Below, piece by piece: positions 24,080 through 36,621 of a stretch of DNA of 64,000 nt. The stretch comes from Squalus acanthias (Eukaryota): positions 82,276,001 through 82,340,000 of the forward strand of contig CM059432.1 of assembly GCA_030390025.1 (NCBI GenBank). Direction: 5' to 3'. The notes beneath the pieces were generated by a model. The model was not told the DNA's origin. It saw nothing but the letters and a program-made list of their open reading frames with translations, and ran no database searches. The translations under genes were made by a program, and so were the position numbers. Numbering within the stretch: position 1 is the stretch's first letter; the number at the start of each line of letters is the position of its first letter.

Positions 24080-27000
24080 ACCGTCTGCAGAAGAGGAAGA
24101 TGCAGAAGTGGAGGAAGCAGAAGGAAGGATGCAATCCAGACAGCCCCTTCCTGGCCAGGATATCTGGGATGGAATCATCCGCCTTCAGAACCAGTGACCA
24201 CAACTCCAATTCGCCTTTCAACATTTGTCCCACACCTTATCCTCCCTCTGTTACTGACCATCACAACGTCCTCTTGGCCACAATGCTGAAATAAAAACCA
24301 ACACAAAGCAAACTTTCCAATCCAACTTCATACATCTATCCCTCCAATATGACATCAAGAAATCAACTCATCACTGTTTTGCATTCCCTTAGTGACTGTC
24401 TTGTGTGTGCCTTTGCCTATCCTAGTGATGTCATGCAGTGCTACCCCAGTAACTGCAGCATGGCTGGTGGAAGGCTGCTGACTTTCAGTGGGCTACACTT
24501 CAAATGGCCTTGTTGGTCGACCTTGAGAAGCTGGTTGCTGGGAGTGTGAAATCGAGTGACGGTGTTTCTTCTTCTTCTTCTCCTTCACTCTCTTCTCCAT
24601 TTTCTTGGTGACCCACTGGCTGGGCATGCTGCATTTTTTGGGTGTGTAAAATGAGGGAGGCACAAGGGTGGAGTTGTGGTGAGGGGAGGGCGGGAAAGCA
24701 AGAGGTGCATGCGAGAAGGAGGATAACGTATGAGGATACCCGCATCTTGTATCCTTTCAGCCCCGCCGCTGGCCAAGGGCTCAGCCATGGCCCCTGCCAA
24801 GAATGGTCTGCACCGTCTCCGCCAAGGGGGTGAGGTGAAGCTAGTAATGGGAGGTGTGCCTCGTGTTTGGCACAGATTGTTGGTAGGTGAGTAATTGGAC
24901 AGGGGGTTGGGGGTGATGGTGGAGATTGGTCGTGCATTGTGAAGTGTGTGAGGCTAGTGGTGCAGTTGGTAGGAGAAGGCTTTTGAAGATGCATTCACTG
25001 ACCTTGACCACTGGTCTGAGGTCATGAAGCTTCCTTGGGCATTGCTGGTAATGACAGCATCGGTGAAGTGGTCCCACATCGTTCTTTCTGGAGAGCCTCC
25101 TGGCCCTTGTTGGTAGAGGACATCTCTTACAGTGTTGGCCCCCTGCACAAAGCTGGAATGCTGCAACGAGACCCTGGGTGCCCCTTCCCCGGCTTGCTGA
25201 GCCATTTGTGTTAGTACTGATGAGCTAGTTGAACGTCTCAGAGACTCCCCTTGTGGAATAAACGAACGCCTCATGACTCTATGGCTCGCCCTAGCCCGGA
25301 ACCAGTACGCTACGGTCATCAGTGCGTACGCCCCAATACTGGAAGCCACCGACGAGATCAAAGAGGAATTCTACTCCAGCCTCGTACAATCCCTGTCCCA
25401 AGTCCCAACGGGCGACAAGCTGATCCTCCTTGACGACTTCAACGCCAAAGTTGGAAAGGACACAGCCATCTGGGGAGGTGTGATCGGCAGAGAGGGGGTA
25501 GGGAAAGCCAACTCCAACGGTACCTTCCTCCTGATGAAATGCTTAGAACATGGCCTTGTCATAACCAACACCTTGTTCTGTCAGAGAGACAAGTACAAGG
25601 CTTCATGGCAACACCCTCACTCCAAGCACTGGCATCTGTTGGACTACGTCATCGTTCGAGCGAGGGACCGCAAGGACGTCCGCATCACCCGCGCCATGAC
25701 AGGAGCTGACGACTGCTGGACAGACCACCGCCTAATCCGCTCTGTCATCTCCATCAATGTAGCCCCAAAACAGCGGTGGCAACAGAAGCAATGCCACAGG
25801 AAAATCAACGCTGGAGCACTCAAAGACCCTGCCAAAAAAGCCCTATTCAGCCTGCGCCTCACAACCAACCTGACGACTCCCAGGGATTCAGAGACAGAGT
25901 GTCCACAGCGCCTGGTCTGCACTCAAGGCCTCCATAATCAGCACCTGTGAAGAGACGCTCGGTCACTTGAGCAGGAAACACCAAGACTGGTTCGACGAGA
26001 ACGACCAGGAGATCCAGGAGCTAATAAACCGCAAGCGCAAGGCATTCCTGATCTGGAAACAGCAACAGAACTCGAGAGCAAGAAAGCAGCTCTACCGATG
26101 CCTGAAGGCCGAGGTCCAACAAAAAACTCGCGACCTAAAGAACAGATGGTGGGTGGAGAAAGCGCAGGAGATCCAGCAGCTAGCCGACAACCATGACGTG
26201 CGTGGATTCTTTAGCGCAGTCAAGACCATCTACAGCCCAAGCACCCAAGGTCCTACCCCACTGCGGGCCAAGAACGGAGAGGTACTCATCAAGGACAGGG
26301 AGGCAGTCAGTGCCCGCTGGAAGGAGCACTTCGAAGATCTCCTTAACCAAGACTCTGTCTTCGACGCGAGTGTCCTCAACTCCATCCCACAGCATGCTAC
26401 CCGCCACCACCTCAGCACAACCCCAGCCCGGCATGAGGTTGAAAAGGCCATCCGACAACTGAAGAACAACAAGGCCTCAGGAGCAGATGGAATCCCCGCT
26501 GAGGCGCTAAAACATGGCGGAGAAGCATTATTGGCGCGAATACATGAAATAATTTCTCTTATTTGGAAGGAGGAGAGCATGCCAGGGGGTCTCAGAGATG
26601 CCGTAATCGTGACCATCTTCAAGAAAGGTGACAAGTCCGATTGCGGTAATTACAGAGGAGTCTCCCTGCTGTCTGCCACAGGAAAAGTCATCACAAGAAT
26701 CCTCCTCAATTGTCTTCTCCCAGTGGCCGAAGAGCTCCTCCTAGCGTCGCAATGCGGATTCCGCCCACTAAGGGGCACAATGGACATTATCTTCACCGCG
26801 CGTCAACTACAAGAGAAATGCAGGGAGCAGCACCAACTGCTGTACATGGCCTTCTTTGACCTCACAAAGGCCTTCGTCACTGTCAACCGTGAGGGATAAT
26901 GGAGTGTCCTCCTCAAATTCGGCTGCCCTCAAAAGTTTGTCACCATCCTCTGCCTGCTTCACGACGACATGCAAGCTGTGATCCTGACCAACGGATCCAC

Positions 27001-28644
27001 CACGGACCCAATTCACGTACGGACCGGGGTCAAGCAAGGTTGTGTCATTGCACCAATGCTCTTCTCGATCTTCCTGGCTGCAATGCTCCATCTCACCCTC
27101 AGTAAGCTCCCTGCTGGAGTGGAGCTAATCTACAGAACAAACGGGAAACTGTTCAACCTCCGTCGCCTCCAGTCCAGATCCAAGGTCGTCCAATCCTCTG
27201 TCATTGAATTACAGTATGCAGACGACGCTTGCGTCTGCGCACACTCTGAGGCCGAAATCCAAAATATCGTCAACACCTTCACCGAAGCATACGAGAGCAT
27301 GGGCCTTACACTAAACATCCGTAAGACAAAGGTCCTCTACCAACCTGCCCCCGCCACACAGTACTGCTCCCCGATTATCAAAATCCATGACGAGGCCTTG
27401 GATAACGTGGAACCTACTGTCAACAAGGGCAGACGTCGATGACGAAGTCCAACACCGCCTTCAGTGTGCCAGTGCAGCCTTCGGTCGCCTGAGGAAGAGA
27501 GTGTTTGAAGACCAGGGCCTCAAACTCAGCACCAAGCTCATAGTCTACAGAGCAGTAGTGATACCCGCCCTCCTGTATGCTTCAGAGACATGGACCATGT
27601 ACAGCAGGCATCTCAAAGCACTGGAGAGGTACCACCAACGCTGCCTCCGCAAGATCCTGCAAATCCATTGGCAGGATAGGCGCACCAACATCAGTGTTCT
27701 CTCTCAGGCCAACATCCCCAGCATCGAAGCTTTAACCACGCTCGATCAGCTCCGATGGACGGGCCACATCGTTCGCATGCCCGATACGAGACTCCCAAAA
27801 CAAGCGCTCTACTCGGAGCTCCGACACGGCAAGAGAGCCCCAGGTGGGCAGAGGAAACACTTCAAGGACACCCTCAAAGCCTCCTTGAAAAAGTGCAACA
27901 CCCCACCGACACCTGGGAATCCCTGGCCCAAGACCGCACAAAGTGGAGGAGAAGCATCCGGGAAGGCGCCGAACACCTCGAGTCTCTTCGCCGGGAGCAA
28001 GCGGAAGCCAAGCGCAAACAGCGGAAGGAGTGCACGTCAACCCAAGCACCCTGCCCACCCGTCCCTTCAACCACCGTCTGCCCCACCTGTGACAGAGACT
28101 GTAGGTCCCGCATTGGACTCATCAGTCACCTGAGAACTCATTTTTAGTGTGGAAGCAAGTCATCCTCGGTTCCGAGGGACTGCCTAAGGAGAAGAAGATG
28201 CACTTTTCCCATTTTTTTAGATGCGGAAGGGAATTTAGCTTTAAGAGCTGAAGACTCCCATTTGGGAATTCTTTTCAATGGTTTTTTTTTCAGAATGCAG
28301 TCGAGCTGTAAAGGCTAAAAACTGCCTATTTTTACATGGTTTTCAGTCTTTTCATTTCAGAAGGCAATTCTCCTTTAAAACAGCGAAGTGCTTTCTGAAA
28401 TGACAGTCTTGCATTGAGAGAAGGCTGTTCTAGCTGCAATGACGCTACGGCCACGCTACATTGGGGCCTTCTGCTGGGACGAGCACCACCAGGACAGCGT
28501 TGCACTGAGGTTAGCGCTGGACTAATGTTAATTAGACCTCAGTGCCAATTTTTCGGTCCTGCCAGCGCCACCATTTTCGGCGGCCGTTAACACCCGCCCG
28601 CGGTGGCACCGGCAACTTTTGTGGCATTCACGAATTTCTAGGCC
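24080..28644. mobile_element. Internally deleted Harbinger remnant (24080-25225 and 28200-28644) interrupted by an RTE LINE
   Basis: Transposase C-terminal acidic tail on + (EEEDAEVEEAEGRMQSRQPL...IIRLQNQ) and Myb-like remnant on - (MAQQAGEGAPR...), both similar to the 55611-59652 element. Right end cgaatttctaggcc. Confidence 0.7.
25230..28198 (+). mobile_element. RTE-clade LINE, 5'-truncated, frameshifted
   Basis: APE (ISAYAP, DFNAKVG, LDYVIV, TDH), WFDEND linker, RT (FFDLTKAF, GVKQGCVIAP, LQYADD), C-terminal CPTCDRDCRSRIGLISHLRTH. Short 3' UTR with hairpin cctcggttccgagg and (GAA)n tail. Confidence 0.9.
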
Positions 28645-28655
28645 AAATAGTTTAA

Positions 28656-30172
28656 ATGATCAACCCGGCCAATTTCTGTCCCATCAGTCTACTCTCAATC
28701 ATCAGAAAAGTGATGGAAGGTGTCGTCGACAGTGGTATCAAGAGGCACTTACTCACCAATAACCTGCTCACTGATGCTCAGTTTGGGTTCTGCCAGGACC
28801 ACTCGGCTCCCGACCTCATTACAGCCTTGGTCCAAACATGGACAAAAGAGCTGAATTGCAGAGGTGAGGTGAGAGTGACTGCCCTTGACATCAAGGCAGC
28901 ATTTGACCGAGTGTGGCATCAAGGAGCCCTAGTAAAACTGAAGTCAATGGGAATGAGGGGAAAAAACACTCCACTGGCTGGAGTCATACCTAGCACAAAG
29001 GAAGATGGTTGTGGTTGTTGGAGGTTAATCATCACAGCCCCAGGACATCGCTGCAGAAGTTACTCAGGGCAGTGTCCTAGGCTCAACTATCGTCAGCAGC
29101 TTCATTAATTACCTTTATTGGACACTAAGAAAATCAAGGGATATGGGAATAGGGCGGGAAAATGGAGTTGAGGTAGAAGATCAGACATGATCTTACTGAA
29201 TGGCGGTGCAGGCTCGAGGGGCCTACTCCTGCTCCTATTTCTTACGTTTCCTTCATCATAAGGTCAGAAGTGGGGATGTTTGCTGATGACTGCACAGTGT
29301 TCAGTTCCATTCAGAATTCCTCAGATAATAAAGCAGTCCATGCCAGCATGCAGCAAGACCTGGACAACATCCAGGCTTGGCCTGATAAGTGGCAAGTCAC
29401 ATTCGTGCCACACAAGTGCCAGGCAATGACCACCTCCAACAAGAGAGAGTCTAACCACCTTCCCATGGCATTCAATGGCATTATCATTGTCGAATCCCCC
29501 ACCATCAACATCCTGAGGGTCACCATTGACCAGAAACTTAAATGGACCAGCTACATAAATACTGTGGCTACAAGAGCAGTTCAGAGGCTAGGTATTCTGC
29601 GGTGAGTGTCTCACCTCCTGACTCCCCAAAGCCTTTCCACCACCTACAAGGCACAAGTAAGGAATGTGATGGAATACTCTCCACTTGCCTGGATGAGAGC
29701 AGCTCCAACAACACTCAGGAAGCTTGACACCATCCAGGACAAAGCAGCCTGCTTGATCTGCACCCCATCCACCACATTAAACATTCACTCCCTCCACCAC
29801 CGGCGTACCGTGGCTGCTGTGTGTACCATCTACAAGATGCACTGCAGCAACTCAAGGCTTCTTCGACAGCACCTCCTAAACTCACGATCTCCAACACCTA
29901 TAAGGACAAGGGCAGCAGATGCATGGGAACACCAGCGCCTCCAATTTTCCCTCCAAGTTGCACACCACCCTGATTTGGTAGTATATCACCGTTCCTTCAT
30001 CACCGCTGGATCAAAATCCTGGAACTCCCTCCCGAACAGCACTGTGGGCGTAGCGTCACCACGCACACTGCAGCGATTCAAGAAGGCAGCTCACCACCAC
30101 CTTCTCAAGGGCAACTAGGGAAGGACAATAAATGCTGGCCTTGCCAGCTATGCCCACATCCCATGAATGAAT
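28656..30172 (+). mobile_element. CR1-superfamily LINE of a second lineage, 5'-truncated, with a short CR1 3' tail inserted at about 29115-29248
   Basis: RT motifs PISLLSII, QFGF, LDIKAAFDRVWH and MFADD. 3' end gggcaactagg...aataaatgctggccttgccagc...cccacatcccatgaatgaat. Confidence 0.85.
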
Positions 30173-30289
30173 TTTTAAAAATCCCTAATTTATGATGCAA
30201 TGCCATTTGTTTGACAGATGATGGCACTGTTGCAGTGCAGAAACACATGAATGATTTGTACCTTGTGGTTTCTACTCAGTTGCAGTTCA

Positions 30290-30592
30290 GATCATAGAAT
30301 CATAGAATGTTACAGCACAGAAGGAGGCCATTCAACCCATCGTGCCTGTGTCGGCTCTTTGAAGGAGCAATCCAATTAGTCCCACTCCTCTGCTGTTTCC
30401 CCATAGCCCAGCAATTTTTTCCATTTCAAGTATTTATCCAATTCCCATTTGAAAGTTGCTATTGAATCTGCTTCCACCACCCTATCAGGCAGTGCATTCC
30501 AAATCTAAACTTACTGCGTAAAAATGTTTTCCCTCATGTCGCCAATGGTGCTTTTACCAATTACCTTAAATCTGTGTCCTCTGGTTACTGAC
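30290..30592 (-). mobile_element. CR1 3' fragment
   Basis: (ATTCTATG)n tail, similar to 4029-4340. Confidence 0.75.
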
Positions 30593-31140
30593 CCACAGAA
30601 TCATAAAACCATAGAAAGTTACGGCACAGAGAGGCCATTCGGCCGAAAAAGAGCTACCCAGCCTAATCCCACTTTTCAGCTCTTGGTCCGTAACCTTGTA
30701 GGTTACGGCTCTTCAACTGCATATCCAAGAACTTTTTAAATACGATGAGTGTTTCTGCCTCTATCACCCTTTCAGGCAGAGTTCCAGACCCCCACCACCC
30801 TCTGGGTGAAAAAGGTTCTCCTCAACTCCCCTCTAATCCTTCTACCAATTACTTTAAATCTATGCTCCCTGGTTATTGACCTCTCTGCTAAGAGAAATAG
30901 GTCCTTCCGACCCACTCTATCTAGGCCCCTCATAATTTTATACACCTCAATTAAATCTCCCCTCAGCCTCCTCTGTTCCAAAGAAAACAACCCCAGCCTA
31001 TCTAATCTTTCCTTACAGCTAAGTTTTCCAGTCCTGGCAACATCTCGTAAATCTGCTCTGTACCCTCTCTAGTACAATCATATCTTTCCTGTAATATGGT
31101 GACCAGAACTGTACGCAGTACTCTAGCTGTGGCCTAACTA

Positions 31141-31391
31141 CAGTAAACTCTTGTTTAAACGGCACTTAATCATCCGGAATTCTTTAATAACCGGCAAAAT
31201 AGATAACCGGTAATCTTGCCGAATCCATCCATTTTTCATTTTTCCGAGTCCGAGTTTCCTGCGGTGGCCGAGTTAGTCACTGGTTTTTACTTTTTTTCTG
31301 TTAAAAATTGCCTACCTCTCTGTTATCTAGAATTTTTCATCAACCGGCACCATCCTGGTCCCGTAGGTGCCGGATACGAAAGAGTTTACTG
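31141..31391. mobile_element. Tc1/mariner (Tigger/pogo-like) MITE
   Basis: TIRs cagtaaactcttgtttaaacggcac and gtgccggatacgaaagagtttactg. TA duplicated, and removal restores the CR1 sequence ggcctaacTAgtgtttta. Confidence 0.85.
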
Positions 31392-31629
31392 TAGTGTTTT
31401 ATATAGTTCAAGCATAACCTCCCTGCTCTTATATTCTATGCCTCGGCTAATAAAGGAAAGTATCCCGTATGCCTTCTTAACCACCTTATCTACCTGTCCT
31501 GCTACCTTCAGGGATCTGTGGACATGCACTCCAAGGTCCCTCTGTTCCTCTACACTTTTCCGTATTCTACCATTTATTGTGTATTCCCTTGCCTTGTTAG
31601 CCCTCCCCAAATGCATTACCTCACACTTT

Positions 31630-32515
31630 ATTTTATTCGTTTATGGGATGTGGGCGTCGCTGGCAAGGCCAGCATTTATTGCCTATTCCTAATTGCCCTT
31701 GAGAAGGTGGTGGTGAGCCGCCTTCTTGAACCGCTGCAGTCTGTGTGGTGAAGGTACTCCCACAGTGCTGTTAGGTAGGGAGTTCCAGGATTTTGACCCA
31801 GTGACGATGAAGGATCGGCGATATACTTCTAAGTCAGGATGGTGTGTGACTTGGAGGGGAACTTGGAGGTGGTGGTGTTCCCATGCGCCTGCTGCCCTTG
31901 TCCTTCTAGGTGGAAGAGGTCGCGGGTTTCGGAGATGCTGCCGAAGAAGCCTTGAGTTGCTGCAGTGCATCTTGCAGATGGTACACACTGCAGCCACGGT
32001 ATGCCGGTGGTGGAGGGAGTGAATGTTTAATGTGGTGGATGGGGTGCCAATCAAGCGAGCTTCTTTGTCCTGGATGGTGTCGAGCTTCTTGAGTGTTGTT
32101 GGAGCTGCACTCATCCAGGCGAGTGGAGTGTATTCCATCACACTCCTTACTTGTGCCTTGTAGATGGTGGAAAGGCTTTGGGGAGTCAGGAGGTGAGACA
32201 CTCGCCGCAGAATACCTAGCCTCTGACCTGCTCTTGTTGCCACAGTATTTATGTAGCTGGTCCATTTAAGTTTCTGGTCAATGGTGACCCTCAGGATGTT
32301 GATGGTGGGGGATTCGGCGATGGTAATGCCATTGAATGTCAAGGGGAGGTGGTTAGACTCTCGCTTGTTGGAGATTGTCATTGCCTGGCATTTCTGTGGC
32401 GCAAATGTTACCTGCCACTTATCGGTCCAAGCCTGGATGTCGCCCAGGTCTTGTTGCATGTGGGCATGGACTGCTACATTATCTGAGGAATATTGAATGG
32501 CGCTGAACACTGTGC
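31630..32515 (-). mobile_element. 3' fragment of the second CR1-superfamily LINE (same family as 28656-30172)
   Basis: ORF 31689-32555 is highly similar to ORFs 29270-30118 and has the same 3' end. Confidence 0.88.
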
Positions 32516-33890
32516 ACTCTCCAGATTGAATTCCATTTGCCGCTTTTCTGCCCACCTGACCAGTCCATTGATATCTTCCTGCAGTCTACAGCTTTCTTCC
32601 TTACAATCAACCATACGGCCAATTTTTTGTATCATCTGCACACTTCTTAATCATGCCCTCTACATTGAAGTCTAAATCATTGATATATACCACAAATAGT
32701 AAGGAACCTAATAGTTAGCCCTGCGGAACCCCACTGGAAACAGCCTTCCAGTCACAAAATACCCGTCGACCATTACCCTTTGTTTCCTGTCACTGAGCCA
32801 ATTTTGGATCCAACTTGCCACTTTCCCTTGGATCTCATGGGCTTTTACTTTTCTGACCAGTGTGCCATGTGGGACATTGTCAAAAGCCTTGCTAAAATCC
32901 ATGTAGACTACATCAAACGCACTACCCTCATCGACCCTGAAGTTAGTCAGACACGACCTTCCCTTAACAAATCCATGCTGACTGTCCTTGATTAATCCAT
33001 GCCTTTCTAACTGACGATTAATATTGTCCCTCAGAATTTTTTCCAATAATTTTCCCACCACTGAGGTTAGGCTGACTGACCTGTAATTACTCGGTCTATC
33101 CCTTTCTCCCTTTTTAAACAACGGTACAACGTTAACAGTCCTCCAGTCCTCCGGCATCACACCTGTAGCCAGAGAGGATTGGAAAATGATGGGCAGAACC
33201 TCCGCAATTTCCTCCCTTGCTTCTCTTAACAGTCTGGGATACATTTCATCCAGGCTTGCTATTTATCTACTTTCAAAGATGCTAAACCACTGAATATTTC
33301 CTCTCTCACTGTGTTTATCTCATCAAATATTTCACTCCTCTTGCTTAACTATAATGTCTACATCGTCCCTCTCACTTGTGAAGACAGACGCAAAGTATTC
33401 ATTAAGAACCATGCCCACGTCTTCCGCCTCCACACACAGGTTACCTTTATGGTCCCTAATAGGCCCTACTCTTTCTTTAGTAATCTTCTTGCTCTTTGTG
33501 TATTTATAAAACTTCTTTGGGTTTGCCTTGATTTTACTTGCCAATATTTTTTTCATGCCCTCCCTTTGCTTTCCTAATTTCCTTCTTAATTTAGCAAAAG
33601 TGGACTGGAAACAGCTACTTGAAGATAAATCAGTGTCAGAGCAGTGGGAGTCATTCAAGGAGGAGATAATGAGGGTTCAGAACAAATATGTTCCCAGAAA
33701 GAAAAAGGGTGGGACTCCCAAATATACAGCCTCCTGGATGTCAAGGAGCATACAGGGTAGGATAAGACAAAAAAGGGAAGCTTATGTCAGATACCCTGCA
33801 CTTTTTATACTCCTCTAAGCTTTCTGCAGTATGTAGCTTCCCGTATCTGACATAAGCTTCCTTTGTATGGCCTAATCTCTACACTGTTCT

Positions 33891-34350
33891 AAAGAAAGAA
33901 AGACTTGCATTTATATAGTGCCTTTCACAATCTCAGGACGTCCCAAAGCGTTTTACAGCCAATGAAGTACTTTTGAAGTGTAGTCACTGTTGTAATGTAG
34001 GAAACACAGCAGCCAATTTGTGCACAGCAAGCTCCCACAAACAGCAATCTGATAATGACCAGATAAGCTGTTTTTAGTGATGTTGATTGAGGAATAAATA
34101 TTGGCCAGGACACCGGGGATAACTCCGCTGCTCTTCTTGAAATATTGCCATGGGATCTTTTACCTGAGAGAATAGACTTGGTTTAATGTCTCATCCGAAA
34201 AGTGGCACCTCTGACAGTGCAGCACTCCCTCAGTACTGTCCTGGAGTATCAGCCTAGATTTTTGTACTCAAGTCTCTGGAGTGGGACTTGAACCCACAGC
34301 TTTAACTGACTCCGAGGCGAGGGTGCTACCACCTGAGCCACGGCTGACAC
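33891..34350 (-). mobile_element. Full-length DeuSINE/SacSINE1-like
   Basis: Head gtgtcagccgtggctcaggtggtagc...gggttcaagtccc (A and B boxes), Deu-like core and (CTTT)n tail. Confidence 0.85.
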
Positions 34351-34718
34351 TAAGAATAACCCGAGTTTATCTAGTCTCTCCACGTAACTAATAAAGATAG
34401 TAAAACACAGAACTGTAAATAATTTCAGAAACAGACTTGCAAATCAAAATAATTAAACTCTGTTGGGCAGGTTTTTGACTTTACCACTGGGGCGTTAAGC
34501 ATCACCTGGCTGGAGTGCAGGGAGAGAAATCAAGCGCAGAATAAAGTCGCCTGATATTTCTTTCAGTCAACTTAATGGGTGCAAAATTTGGCAGCCTCCT
34601 TTAGGGATGTGCAATCCTCCCATCTGAATTTCACTCTCTGTGCCCTGCCCATGTGATAATTAATGTCCAGAAGGCAAAGTTGAAACCTACTAACAGATCC
34701 CATGGCACTATTTCAAAG

Positions 34719-34933
34719 GTCGCACAACACCAGGTTATAGTCCAACAGTTTTATTTGAAATCACAAGCTTTCGGAGCTATCGATTTGCTCCTTCCTCAGG
34801 TCACCTGAGGAAGGAGCAAATCGATAGCTCCGAAAGCTTGTGATTTCAAATAAAACTGTTGGACTATAACCTGGTGTTGTGCGACCTCTCAATTTTGTCC
34901 ACCCCAGTCCAACACCGGCATCTCCGCATCATG
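34719..34933 (+). mobile_element. Non-coding PLE-derived mini-element (second pLTR family) with a perfect inverted repeat
   Basis: 12-bp TSD actatttcaaag (34707-34718 and 34934-34945). Palindrome 34717-34887 centred on 34802, with a hammerhead motif and AATAAA in the arm. Confidence 0.8.
34801..34843 (+). ncRNA. Minimal type I hammerhead ribozyme motif
   Basis: UCAC-CUGAGGA-A-GGAGC(aaaucgaua)GCUCC-GAAAGCUU-GUGA. Stem I UCAC/GUGA, stem II 5 bp, palindromic AGCU in place of stem III, predicted CUU cleavage triplet. Confidence 0.75.
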
Positions 34934-35872
34934 ACTATTTCAAAGAGCAGGGGAGTTCTCCCCAGTGTCCTGGCCAATATTTATCCCTCAACCAACATCC
35001 CAAAACAGATTATCTGGCCATTATCACATTGTTGTTCATGGGAGCTTGCTGTGTGCAAATTGGCTGCTGTGTTTTCTACATTACAACAGTGACTACACTT
35101 CAAAAGTACTTCATTGGTTGTAAAGCGCATTGGGGCATCCTGAGGTTGTGAAAGGCACTAAATAAATATAAGTTCTTTATTTCTTCTTTACTCGTATGAA
35201 CTGACTAGAAACCTACCCTTATGGACTTAATAAACAAATGCATGCTCAAAATTTACGATTCTGTAAATGGACATAATTGCTGATGGCCATAAATTGAACA
35301 GGAAGAATTAATTCTACGTATGGAGCAATACTGAAAGTTTCAGCTAAACCTTTCTTTATTTCTGTTTTTCTATTTGAATATTTTTATCCCATCTGGCTAT
35401 GGACATGGGGGAGATGAATTTCCATTTTTGCAGGATTCTGTGGCTCTTCCAGAGAAGTTACAGTGGACGAGTTGAAACCCCCCCTCCCCCCCGCAGAAAG
35501 TTATCCTAAGGTAGTCCGAAAGTCTGATGGTACTGAGTCAGCATTCACAGTTGGAGGATGTGCCTATATAACAGTCACATATAAATGCAACTATTTCCTT
35601 TGTTTTATTTTATAGTTCAATGAGTATATGGTGACTTGGGCCTTCTCAGCCTTTGCCAATGCTGCTCTGTATTAATTAGAAGATCTGCTAGAATTGCCAG
35701 TGAATGACTCTTCCAACTTTCCTTCCCTCACAATGCAAAAGAAAAGCCTGGTTTCTGCTAGAAGCCTCGCCAAGATGATTGAGCATGCATGAAATTGTAG
35801 AAGCACCCATATGTTCGAAAACTCCATGTAACAATGCACTGTCCTTCAGTGAGCTCCCTCATGCTTCCTTAG

Positions 35873-36320
35873 GTGTTAGACATGGCTTGGTGGTAGCCTC
35901 TGAATCAGAAGGTTGTGTGTTCAAGTCCCACTGCAGAGGCTTGAGCGCAAAATTTAGGCTGACACTCCAGCGCAGTACCGAGGGAGCACTGCACTGTCAG
36001 AGGTGCCTTCTTTCAGATGAGATGTTAAACTGAGGTCCCGTCTGCTCTCTCAAGTGGACATAAAAGATCCCATGGCACTATTTCGAAGGAGAGCAGGAGA
36101 GTTCTCTCCGGTGTCCAGGCCAATATTTATCCCTCAACCAATAGCACTAGAATTGATTATCTGGTCATTATTACTTTGCTGTTTGTGGGATCTTGCTGTG
36201 CAAAATTGGCTGCCGCGTTTCCTACATTACAACAGTGACTACACTTCAAAGGTACTTTATTGGTTGTAAATCGCTTTGGGACATCCTGAGGTTGTGAAAG
36301 GCACTACAGAAATGCAAATC
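35873..36320 (+). mobile_element. DeuSINE/SacSINE1-like, near full length
   Basis: Decayed tRNA head, Deu-like core and L2-like tail. Confidence 0.85.
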
Positions 36321-36556
36321 TTCCAAATATTTCTGTCATTGCTCAGCACCATTCCACCCCCGAGTTTGAACTAAACAAAACTAATTAAGCCAAGAAAATA
36401 CTCATCAAGGGCATCACAGACCCATACCCTGCTCTTGTAGAACTTACACATATGATGTACCACCGTATCAGTTAAACTGCATTTAAAATATTTTTTAAAC
36501 ATATGTAACTTTACTAAGTATTCACTACTAGGCTATGTAAGAACCTAGTCACTTAC

Positions 36557-36621
36557 CAAGGGTTCGTAAGAGAACAAATTGCATACCCAGCGCAAAAGGT
36601 CTCTCCTGATCTTCTACAGAC
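36557..36621 (-). CDS. SLCO5A1: SLCO5A1 short coding exon, 65 bp (too short for the ORF track)
   Basis: Read directly from the minus strand: G TCT GTA GAA GAT CAG GAG AGA CCT TTT GCG CTG GGT ATG CAA TTT GTT CTC TTA CGA ACC CTT G = SVEDQERPFALGMQFVLLRTL. Acceptor ttttag, donor gtaagt, joins both neighbours in frame. Confidence 0.93.

Larger units (their letters stand above)
30597..33863 (-). mobile_element. CR1 LINE (5'-truncated, rearranged 5' end) hosting a Tigger-like MITE and a second LINE
   Basis: RT pieces in ORFs 30772-30990, 31386-31616 and 32708-33244 are collinear once the inserts are removed. Confidence 0.85.
34695..35187 (+). mobile_element. 5'-truncated DeuSINE interrupted by a palindromic PLE mini-element
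   Basis: agatcccatggcactatttc|aaagagcaggggagttctcccc continues across the insert. Confidence 0.8.
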
